This document shows, one piece after another, positions 1 to 8,436 of a stretch of DNA of 25,478 bases. The notes under the pieces are model-generated. The model searched no databases, was not told where the DNA came from, and saw nothing but the letters and a program-made list of their open reading frames with translations. Source of the stretch: Phycisphaerales bacterium (GTDB lineage Bacteria > Planctomycetota > Phycisphaerae > Phycisphaerales > UBA1924); the NCBI GenBank assembly GCA_020054055.1, contig JAGVLZ010000241.1:1-25478 (forward strand), given 5' to 3'. Position 1 is the first letter of the stretch; each line of letters begins with the position of its first letter. The translations under genes and the position numbers were made by a program.

Positions 1-1
1 C

Positions 2-520
2 ATGATGAACGCCGTCACCCGCGATCCGCACGCGGCGTTCGCCGCCGCGCTGCTCTCCCCGTTGCTGGTCTTCGCGGCACTGAGATTCCTCGCCGATGCG
101 GGGCCTTCAACCGCTCCCGCAGCGCCGGCGACGATCGCTACCTCATCGGAAGCCGGCATGGAAGAGCCACCGCCGACCCCCGAGGTCACACGAGCGACGG
201 CCTTTCTCGAAGCCTGGAATGCCGGTGAGCCGATCCCGTCGCCGATGCGTCACCCCGAGCGCGCGGATGACCCGAAGACAACAGAGGCCGATCCACCATC
301 ACTCCCCGCCGAGATCGCCATCCCGGAGTTCGCGGTCAAGTCGGTCATGGGATCGGGCGAACGAGTCATGGCCTCCATCAACGGGAAGGTCTATCGAATG
401 GGCGACCAGCCCGCGCCGGGGTGGAGGATCACTTCCATGGACGCGAAATCCAAGCGAATTGAGATCACCGGGCCGGACGGGCGCACGATCATCGTGACGC
501 CGCAAACACTCGCACGCTAG
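2..520 (+). CDS. Single-TM, Pro-rich-linker protein with a C-terminal MshK/GspB/PilP-like beta domain (likely the last gene of a T2SS/type IV pilus operon)
   Basis: N-terminal hydrophobic stretch (AAFAAALLSPLLVFAALRFL), Pro/Ala/Glu linker, then FAVKSVMGSGERVMASINGKVYRMGD...GWRITSMDAKSKRIEI, which resembles the 'A-x-ING...GD...W-x-I' domain of T2SS/MSHA accessory proteins. ATGA at 2-5 is compatible with coupling to an upstream stop. The 5' context lies outside the window. Confidence 0.5.
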   Translation: MMNAVTRDPHAAFAAALLSPLLVFAALRFLADAGPSTAPAAPATIATSSEAGMEEPPPTPEVTRATAFLEAWNAGEPIPSPMRHPERADDPKTTEADPPSLPAEIAIPEFAVKSVMGSGERVMASINGKVYRMGDQPAPGWRITSMDAKSKRIEITGPDGRTIIVTPQTLAR

Positions 521-1249
521 GGGCTCGACGGACCCCGCCGGGCGGACCACAGCAGCGCCGTTCCATCCTTCGAGGCGCTTATGAAGCTCGCGCCGACGCC
601 TCCTGTCGCGGGAACTCGAAGATCATGGAGCCCGTCCGCGGGTCCCACAGCGTCACGGAGTCGTGGTCCCCCGAGAAGCGCAAACCGCTCGCCGTCCGGT
701 GAGAAAGACCCGCCCACGGCCCGCCGCGTGGGCGATCGGAACCGCGAGACCTCGCTTGCCGACTCGGCCTCGAAGACGATGACCGTTCCATCATTCGACC
801 CCGCCGCCACCAACCGCCCATCGCCAGAGGGGCAGACAACGTTGACAATCGAGGGCATCCGCAGCACGTCGCACCGCATCTCCATCGCGCGATGAACTGA
901 CCAGTTCCGGCGAGCGCGCGGACCATGCGAGCAAGCCGATCGTGTTGTCGTGACCGAAATGTGACGCGACCACCAGGATGCGCCGCATCGCCTGCGCCGC
1001 CGCGCCGAAGAAATGCCCACGCCCGGACCATTGCGCATCGGGCGTCCCGACCAGCCGCAGGTACGCCTCATGCACCAGCGCCGTCGGCTGAAGCGTCAGC
1101 ACATGCGCCTCTTTCGCCAGGTAACTCTGCGCGAGTTTCCGCAACTCGTCGTAGATCAGCGGCAGCAACTCCGCCGAAGCGCGCGAATCCCCGTCCGAGA
1201 TGGCGTCGAGCAACTGCGTGACCCGGTGTTTTTGCGTTGACGTGGACAT
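517..1249 (-). pseudogene. Chimeric remnant: N-terminal half of a planctomycete-type ECF sigma factor (TIGR02999-like) fused to frameshifted WD40-repeat fragments
   Basis: From ATG 1249: VTQLLDAISDGDSRASAELLPLIYDELRKLAQSYL...TLQPTALVHEAYLRL...WSGRGHFFGAAAQAMRRILV is typical ECF region 2. At ~970 it switches to WD40 sequence (GHDNTIGLLAWS...LVSSSRDG). WD40 motifs continue in two other frames (GDGRLVAAGSNDGTVIVFE...FSPDGERF; DHDSVTLWDPRTG; FISASKDGTALLW). Sigma region 4 is absent. Confidence 0.8.
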
Positions 1250-1251
1250 GG

Positions 1252-1277
1252 AAAAGGGAGGCCATCGTTGGCCTCCC
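1252..1277 (-). terminator. Intrinsic terminator-like hairpin downstream of the helicase gene
   Basis: Perfect 9-bp stem GGGAGGCCA (1256-1264) / TGGCCTCCC (1269-1277) with a 4-nt loop, followed on the minus strand by TTTT (1255-1252). The U-tract is short. Confidence 0.6.
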
Positions 1278-1372
1278 CTGTATTCTTTCACGTCCATCGG
1301 AAGATGCCAGCCAATCGGCGAACGGTCCGACTCTTTCCGCCGAAATAGGCCCGTTATCTGGGCCATCATGCA

Positions 1373-2749
<1,377 letters not shown>

Positions 2750-2970
2750 CAAGAGAGAAAAACTCCTTCGGGCCGCGCGGCGATACCGCGGGGCTCGATG
2801 TTTTTTCGGGCGGTCCCTGCGCCAAATACGTTGGAACAAGTGCGGCCGTACTGGGTTGGCACAGCCCGAGCACCATTGCAAAGGGCCGTTGCCAGCGTTT
2901 CCCAGGCCGATCAGACCCTGCCGCGCTGCGGTCGAGGGCCGAATAGAAATCTGAGGTCACTGGCTGTGAG

Positions 2971-2987
2971 ACAGGACTATAGCCTGT
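2971..2987 (-). promoter_or_regulatory. Candidate -10 box (TATAGT, minus 2981-2976) for the helicase gene, inside a near-perfect palindrome
   Basis: ACAGG-A-CTATAG-CCTGT. No canonical -35 recognised. Confidence 0.35.
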
Positions 2988-3068
2988 TCGGCGTTCGGCC
3001 GCCACTCGGCCTCAGAAATATCGAAGGTCCCCTCGTCGCGGCTGAGAAATCGAGGGTTCAAGCCTCAA

Positions 3069-3863
3069 TCAGACCTGTTCCTTGGTCCGTTTGCCCTTGC
3101 GGCGCATTCGAGGCTTGACTGGGGCGGTCGCGCGCTGTCGCTTGGTCGGCGCCCAGAGAAGTCGCTTCCAATGTTCCCCCTCGAATGCCCGACAAGCATC
3201 GGTCCACGCGAACTTCAGCGCTGCCGCATAGGCGATCAGCCCCGCGAGCATGAGCAAAATCTGGAGCACGCGATCAACGTTCGTCGGCCGCGACCGCACG
3301 AGCATCCGCGAGGCGAGCACGTCCCAAAGGAAGTGCAGCAGCAGCGCGGTCGAAAACCCGAGCGCAAAGCAGAGCCACGCGCGCCGCCTCGCGACACCCT
3401 TGCACACAATCAAGCCAACCCCAAAGCCGCTGAGCCCGCCGAAGATGAGGTGTCCCAAGAGGCGGATGACCTCCTGCCCCGGCCCCCACGGCCGCGACAC
3501 GGGTTCGTAGAAGTACGCGATGGACTCCTCAATCGCGCAGCCGAATCCGACCACCGAGCCGTAGATGATCCCGTCAACCGGATCGTTGAACACGCGACGG
3601 AGCATCACCGCCACCGCGATGACGCACGCGAGTTTCAGCGCCTCCTCCGTCAACGACGCGATCAGCGCAAACCGAACCGGCTCCGCCCCCATCCACCCAG
3701 CGAACCAGACCTGAACAGGCTCGATCGCATCCATCCCGATAAAGCCGAGCCCCGCGGCGATCAGCAGCGCCCACCACGGCTCCTTGTCGTACAAGTCATA
3801 ACGCCAGATCAGCGCCAGAGCCGCGATCGAGCAGACGCTGAGGGTGAGGATCAACCCAACCAC
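3069..3863 (-). CDS. prsW: PrsW-family intramembrane metalloprotease
   Basis: Multi-TM protein with YDLYDKEP at the N-terminus, LTEEALK (EE motif), GFGCAIEESIAY, GHLIF and LLHFLWD. GTG 3863 chosen as start; the ORF-track extension to 3992 runs through repeat hairpins. Confidence 0.85.
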   Translation of the reverse strand: MVGLILTLSVCSIAALALIWRYDLYDKEPWWALLIAAGLGFIGMDAIEPVQVWFAGWMGAEPVRFALIASLTEEALKLACVIAVAVMLRRVFNDPVDGIIYGSVVGFGCAIEESIAYFYEPVSRPWGPGQEVIRLLGHLIFGGLSGFGVGLIVCKGVARRRAWLCFALGFSTALLLHFLWDVLASRMLVRSRPTNVDRVLQILLMLAGLIAYAAALKFAWTDACRAFEGEHWKRLLWAPTKRQRATAPVKPRMRRKGKRTKEQV

Positions 3864-3882
3864 GGACGAAGGGTACCTGTTT

Positions 3883-3990
3883 TCAGGCTGAAAGCCTGAT
3901 AGCCAGTAGCCGGGGGCAGAGCGACGAGTCTTCGAGGAGCGCCGCCCCCGGAAATAGGCTCCCAAACATCTGCGCACCCTGAAAGGGTGC
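3883..3990. repeat. Cluster of three REP-like hairpins (BIME-like)
   Basis: TCAGGCT-GAA-AGCCTGA (3883-3899); GTAG followed by CCGGGGGC...GCCCCCGG (3906-3951) with central CGAGTCTTCGAG; GCACCCT-GAA-AGGGTGC (3974-3990). Confidence 0.7.
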
Positions 3991-4019
3991 AAGCACCAAC
4001 AACACTTGCACGGGTTGAT

Positions 4020-7000
4020 TCACCAATCCAACGTGCCGAGGAAGGCGCGGCGGAGGTCGGCGAGGGGGACTTCGAACAGAATCGCCTGATATTCCCCGTA
4101 GCCGTCAAGCACGCGTAGCCGTCCCGAACGAGTGACTTTCCCGATATGCATGCACTCGCCGCTCCCCCACAGGCCATCGTGCGCGCCGAGGTCGTCGTCG
4201 GTCGCGGACTGCACGATGTATGCCGCCGGCTGTTCGGTAAATGCGGTCTCGGCGACGTAGTGCTGGTCACGCGAGTTGGAGTCCGACCGCATGAAGCAGT
4301 CCGCGTCCAAATCAACTCCCAATGCCTCAATGCGATCACTTTGCGCGGCGATCAGCATCTCCGAAACCGCGACAAGGGCTCCACCCTCCGAGCAATCATG
4401 AACCGACATCGCACGACCGCTCCTCGCCAAGTCGGCGATCACACGCGCAATAGCGGGACCGCGCTCCAGAGTGTCTTCTGCATTGTGCAGAATCGGGATT
4501 TCATCGTCGCAATGCCAGTTCTTCGGCGCGACATACCAAAGATCCGACTCTACCGCCTTCAAATCCATCGTCACACACCGACTCACATCCGGCACAATCC
4601 CGATCCCTGAAATCAAAAGCGTCGGCGGAATCTCGATCGTGATCTCATTGCCCGACTCCGGATCGCGGTAGCGGAACTGGTTGTTCAGCGAATCCTTCCC
4701 GCTGACAAACGGCGTGCGGTACGCCTTGGCCGCGTCGTAGCAGCCGACCGCCGCGCGGACGAGCGACGCCATATTTTGCGGCTTCTCGCAACTCGGCCAG
4801 CAGAAGTTGTCCAGGATCGCGATTCGCTCCGGGTCCGCACCGACGCAAACCAGATTGCGCACGCACTCATCCACTGCCGCGATCGCCATGAGGTACGGAT
4901 CGCCCCCGAGTTCCGGGTCGCCGACCGGAGTGGCTAATCCGCACGCGATCGCCAGCCCCTGCTTCGACCCGGGGACCGGCAGGATGACCGTCGCATCACC
5001 GGGCCCGATCCCACCCGGCCCGACGAGCGGCTTGATGATCGTGTTCCCCTGCACCTCGTGGTCGTACTGGCGGACGATCCAGCGCTTGCTCGCGATGTTG
5101 GGGTGGGCGAGGAGGCGAAGGAGAGCTTGTTTGATGTCCGGTGAGGAAGAAGAAGACGAAGAAGATGGCGTAGGCACGGGTTGCAAACCCGTGCCGCTAG
5201 AGGGGGTAGACGGAAGAGTCCACACCGCCTCCCGCGTCGGCATCGGAATCCCGTCATGCAGGAAATCGCACTCGAGTCGCCCCACCTCCGCGCCCTTGAA
5301 ATGCAGCACGATCTCGCGCCCCGGCGTCCCGAACTCGCCGAGGTCCGCCATCTCGACGCCTTCTTCGGCGCAGATCACGCGGAGCGCTTCGACGTTCCGA
5401 TCCGGCACCGCGAGCACCATCCGCTCCTGGCTTTCACTGATCCAGATCTCGTCGTAGCGCAGCCCCTCGTACTTCAGCGGCGCGCGATCCAGATGCACGC
5501 TCGCGCCGATCTTCGATCCCATCTCGCCGATGGCGGATGAAAAGCCCCCCGCGCCGCAATCGGTCAGGCCGTGGTACAGCGGCTGGCCCCCTCCGCCCTC
5601 GCCCCCGGAATGGACTCGGGCACCTCCCCCGCCCCCGGAACTGGGACCGGGGGAGGAGGCAAAACCCCGCGCCCGCAGGATCGCATCCAAAACCCGCTTC
5701 TCCTCGATCGCGTTCCCGATCTGCACGGCGTGCGCAAACTCGTCCGCGCGCGTGTGAGTGAGTTCCGCCGAGGAGAAAGTCGCGCCATGAATCCCATCGC
5801 GCCCCGTCCGCCCGCCAAGCGCAATGATCCGATCCCCCGGCCTCACCTCACCCTTGATCCTGTTCCGCGGCATGACCCCCACGCAGCCGCAGAAAACCAG
5901 CGGATTCCCCACATACCGATCATCGAAGCACACCGCGCCATTGACGGTCGGGATGCCCATGCGGTTGCCATAATCGCGCACGCCGTCAACGACGCGCGAG
6001 AGCACACGCTTCGGATGCAACACGCCGGGCGGAAGAGTTTTTACCACGGAGGGCGCCGAGGTACACGGAGTTGGGGACCTCTGATCTGAGATCTCAAATT
6101 TCAGATTCTCCGTGCTCTCCGTGGTAAACGAATCCGGGTAGCCCACACAGAACACATCCATGTTCGCGATCGGCTTCGAGCCAAGCCCGGTGCCGATCAC
6201 ATCGCGGATGCACCCCCCCACCCCGGTCGCCGCGCCGCCGTAGGGCTCGATCGCGCTCGGGCGATTGTGCGTCTCGACCTTGACGTTGACGGCCCAGTGC
6301 TCGTCGAAGGCGATCACGCCGGCGTTGTCGACAAAGACGCTCAGCGCCCAATCGACACCATCCGCGATGAGTTCATGCGTCGCCGCCGCGACCGTGCTCT
6401 TGAGCAAGTTTGATATCGTCACCGATCCGTCCACGTTGATCGTTGCGCCTGGACGACCTTCCCATTTGATCGTCGAACCCTGAACCCCGAACCCCGAACC
6501 CTCTTCGCGATAGTTCACCGTGCTCTTGAGCGTCTTGTGGACACAATGCTCCGACCACGTCTGGGCCAGCGTCTCAAGTTCGATGTCCGTCGGCTCGCGT
6601 CCTCTTTCTTGGTAGTGCGATTGGATCGCTTGCATCTCCGCGAGGCTCAGGAACAGATGCCCCTTCCGCGAGAGGCTCATCAACTCCGTGTCGTTCAATC
6701 GGGTGATCGCAACATGACGGAGCGTCTGGTCGGCGGGGTGCGCCTTCGGGAACTCCCGCGGCGTCCACGGCTCGAAATGAACCTGCTCGATCACGCCGTT
6801 CGCGAGCAATCGCTTCGCTATAACCTCCGCCCCCGCCGCATCCAAGCCTGCACAATCGTAGCGCATCCCGGTGATGACCCGCGGCTCGATGCCCGTCAGC
6901 TCTCTCACGGCGTCGCGCACCGTCTGCGCCACCGGGTCCATGACCCCCGGCAGGGGATGCACCTCGATGATCCGACTTCCCTTTGTCGCGGGGCGAGCGC

Positions 7001-7226
7001 CGATCACACTCTCTTCGAGCACCGGATCGGTCAGAAGGCCCGCGCGCACGCGCTCAATCATCGCGTCGTCCATCACGGCGCTCAGGAGATATACGCGTGA
7101 GGTGCGCACCCCGGCGCATCCGATCCCCAGCGAGCGCGCCGAGCGCAGCACCGATTCGCCGAGCGGATCGCCGGCCCGCGCGCTGGGACGAACTTCGATC
7201 CGATGAACGGTTGTCGCATTGCTCAC
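4020..7226 (-). CDS. purL: Phosphoribosylformylglycinamidine synthase synthetase subunit PurL with N-terminal PurS-like region (no glutaminase domain)
   Basis: TWSEHCVHKT, KVETHNRPSAIEPYGGAATGVGGCIRD, GGRTGRDGIHGATFSS, DCGAGG, SESQERM, QYDHEVQG, LDNFCW, SGKDSLNN, HDCSEGG. The N-terminal ~170 aa are PurS-like. No PurQ domain. Start is GTG 7226 or TTG 7241. Confidence 0.95.
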   Translation of the reverse strand: MSNATTVHRIEVRPSARAGDPLGESVLRSARSLGIGCAGVRTSRVYLLSAVMDDAMIERVRAGLLTDPVLEESVIGARPATKGSRIIEVHPLPGVMDPVAQTVRDAVRELTGIEPRVITGMRYDCAGLDAAGAEVIAKRLLANGVIEQVHFEPWTPREFPKAHPADQTLRHVAITRLNDTELMSLSRKGHLFLSLAEMQAIQSHYQERGREPTDIELETLAQTWSEHCVHKTLKSTVNYREEGSGFGVQGSTIKWEGRPGATINVDGSVTISNLLKSTVAAATHELIADGVDWALSVFVDNAGVIAFDEHWAVNVKVETHNRPSAIEPYGGAATGVGGCIRDVIGTGLGSKPIANMDVFCVGYPDSFTTESTENLKFEISDQRSPTPCTSAPSVVKTLPPGVLHPKRVLSRVVDGVRDYGNRMGIPTVNGAVCFDDRYVGNPLVFCGCVGVMPRNRIKGEVRPGDRIIALGGRTGRDGIHGATFSSAELTHTRADEFAHAVQIGNAIEEKRVLDAILRARGFASSPGPSSGGGGGARVHSGGEGGGGQPLYHGLTDCGAGGFSSAIGEMGSKIGASVHLDRAPLKYEGLRYDEIWISESQERMVLAVPDRNVEALRVICAEEGVEMADLGEFGTPGREIVLHFKGAEVGRLECDFLHDGIPMPTREAVWTLPSTPSSGTGLQPVPTPSSSSSSSSPDIKQALLRLLAHPNIASKRWIVRQYDHEVQGNTIIKPLVGPGGIGPGDATVILPVPGSKQGLAIACGLATPVGDPELGGDPYLMAIAAVDECVRNLVCVGADPERIAILDNFCWPSCEKPQNMASLVRAAVGCYDAAKAYRTPFVSGKDSLNNQFRYRDPESGNEITIEIPPTLLISGIGIVPDVSRCVTMDLKAVESDLWYVAPKNWHCDDEIPILHNAEDTLERGPAIARVIADLARSGRAMSVHDCSEGGALVAVSEMLIAAQSDRIEALGVDLDADCFMRSDSNSRDQHYVAETAFTEQPAAYIVQSATDDDLGAHDGLWGSGECMHIGKVTRSGRLRVLDGYGEYQAILFEVPLADLRRAFLGTLDW
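5143..5213. repeat. GTAG-type REP-like hairpin plus (GAA)n tract inserted in frame in purL
   Basis: GTAG at 5170, perfect 10-bp stem GGCACGGGTT (5173-5182), loop GCA, AACCCGTGCC (5186-5195). Encodes [25 protein letters not shown]. Confidence 0.8.
5587..5660. repeat. GC-rich composite palindromic element inserted in frame in purL
   Basis: CCTCCCCC (5623-5630) / GGGGGAGG (5649-5656) inverted repeat, and CGCCCCCGGAA direct repeat at 5600 and 5630. Encodes ASSPGPSSGGGGGARVHSGGEGGGGQP. Confidence 0.75.
6040..6128. repeat. ~90-bp palindromic element with a heptamer-repeat loop inserted in frame in purL
   Basis: Perfect 12-bp terminal IR TTTACCACGGAG (6040-6051) / CTCCGTGGTAAA (6117-6128). The loop contains CTGATCT-GAGATCT-CAAATTT-CAGATTC. 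Encodes FTTESTENLKFEISDQRSPTPCTSAPSVVK between GYPDS and LPPGVLHP. Confidence 0.85.
6475..6502. repeat. Tandem heptamer repeat (GAACCC[C/T])x4 in frame in purL
   Basis: GAACCCT-GAACCCC-GAACCCC-GAACCCT; encodes GSGFGVQGS. Confidence 0.85.
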
Positions 7227-7232
7227 AGGCTC

Positions 7233-7291
7233 ATCGTACAACGCGGGTTTTTCCGCCCGCAGGCCGCGAGCCTCAGGCCCTTCATTACACT
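7233..7291. promoter_or_regulatory. Back-to-back candidate -10 boxes for purL (TACGAT, minus 7238-7233) and rnhA (TACACT, plus 7286-7291)
   Basis: Each TAnnnT box lies 6-7 nt upstream of a start codon (GTG 7226; ATG 7299), with no Shine-Dalgarno in between. Confidence 0.5.
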
Positions 7292-7298
7292 CCGCCCC

Positions 7299-7772
7299 AT
7301 GCCGGACCCATCGGACTCAACCCGCCCTCACGTCCGGCTCTACACCGACGGCGCGTGCTCGGGCAACCCCGGGCCGGGCGGATGGGCGTACATCCTCAAG
7401 CACCCCGCCTCCGGCAAGCAGACCGAAAAATCCGGCGGCGAACCCGAGACCACGAACAACCGCATGGAACTCACCGCGGTCATCGAGGGTCTCCGCGCGA
7501 TCAACAAGCCCTCGCGCGTCGAGGTCTACTCCGACAGCCAATATGTCCTGAATGGCCTGCGCGAGTGGATGGAGGACTGGAAGAAGCGCGGCTGGAAGAC
7601 CGCCGCGAAGAAGCCCGTCAAAAACCGCGAACTCTGGGAAGCGCTCGACGAACTGAAGCAGGTCCACGACCTCTCCTTCCACTGGATCAAGGGTCACAAC
7701 GAGCACCCGGAGAACGAGCGCTGCGACCAACTGGCCGTGATGCAGCGAGACCGCTTTGTGGCGAATCGCTGA
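7299..7772 (+). CDS. rnhA: Ribonuclease HI
   Basis: LYTDGACSGNPGPGGW, TTNNRMELTA, YSDSQYV, W...GW.T...KPVKN.ELW, WIKGH..HPENERCD. All catalytic D/E/D/H/D residues are present. Start moved to ATG 7299. Confidence 0.97.
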   Translation: MPDPSDSTRPHVRLYTDGACSGNPGPGGWAYILKHPASGKQTEKSGGEPETTNNRMELTAVIEGLRAINKPSRVEVYSDSQYVLNGLREWMEDWKKRGWKTAAKKPVKNRELWEALDELKQVHDLSFHWIKGHNEHPENERCDQLAVMQRDRFVANR

Positions 7773-7893
7773 AGGGCGATAAGCACGCTCCGCGGGTCCG
7801 GTATTCCTGGATGTCCCTCCAAATCGACTCCGCCTGCTTTCGCCTCGATCGTCTTCGCACAGTCAGAGCAGTTCACCATCCGATCACTACCGA

Positions 7894-8271
7894 ATGAGCA
7901 AGGGAAAGATCATCAAGACGGTGCTGATCTCCACGGCGGTGTGCAGCGGCCTCTGGCAGGCCGCGAAGTTCATCGACGTCCTGAGCAGCGCGAAGGGGCA
8001 GCGGTCCATCTCCGGCCTCATCCCGTCACCCGGCAAGCAGGGACTCTCGGTGCTGCCCCCGGGCGTGGCCGACGCGCTCAAGAGCAATCCATCGATGCTG
8101 AATCAACTCGTCCCCGGCACCGCCCCCGCGCCGGCGAAGCCGAAGGAGATGGTCATCTTCTCCGCCAACGGGACGCCCCTCACCCCCGCCGAGATGGAGA
8201 CGCTGCGCCGCGAGGCGGAGCGGAATCGCCCCAAAGCGCCCGCCCCGGCCCCCCCGAAAAGCCGGAACTGA
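7894..8271 (+). CDS. Hypothetical protein with N-terminal signal/TM segment and Pro/Lys-rich tail
   Basis: 125 aa with GC3-rich codon usage, N-terminus MSKGKIIKTVLISTAVCSGLW. No family recognised. Confidence 0.7.
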   Translation: MSKGKIIKTVLISTAVCSGLWQAAKFIDVLSSAKGQRSISGLIPSPGKQGLSVLPPGVADALKSNPSMLNQLVPGTAPAPAKPKEMVIFSANGTPLTPAEMETLRREAERNRPKAPAPAPPKSRN

Positions 8272-8306
8272 TACTGACTCCACTTGAGTTCTGCGCGTGA
8301 GGGAAG

Positions 8307-8340
8307 CCGCTTCTGAGCGAGTCTTCGAGCAAAGAAGCGG
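8307..8340. repeat. REP-like palindrome sharing the CGAGTCTTCGAG core with the 3906-3951 element
   Basis: CCGCTTCT (8307-8314) / AGAAGCGG (8333-8340) IR. The 12-mer CGAGTCTTCGAG occurs at 8318 and at 3925. Confidence 0.65.
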
Positions 8341-8436
8341 ATGCTCCCGCCAGAAATCTTTCTGAAACCCGTATGAAACGGCCCCACCCCGCCGGTCCCC
8401 CGCGACTACACTTTGAGCGATCGGAGCAACGCTGAG

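Noticed and set aside
668-672. Homopolymer sequencing error or phase variation as the cause of the WD40 frameshift
   Set aside because: Fixing this G5 run would not restore a gene, because other shifts and deletions are present. All other genes in the window are intact, which argues against error-prone sequence.
3883-3990. CRISPR-like array or MITE
   Set aside because: The three hairpins differ in sequence. There are no regularly spaced identical repeats, no cas genes, and no terminal IR with target duplication around the cluster.
4020-7226. Inteins or introns as the explanation for the purL insertions
   Set aside because: The inserts are only ~10-30 aa, lack C/S...HN splice motifs and homing endonuclease motifs, and map to DNA palindromes or tandem repeats.
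7694-7879. 61-aa minus-strand ORF starting MVNCSDCAK (CxxC)
   Set aside because: Single CxxC with no partner pair, overlaps the rnhA 3' end in antisense, no RBS evidence. Probably spurious, though not excluded.
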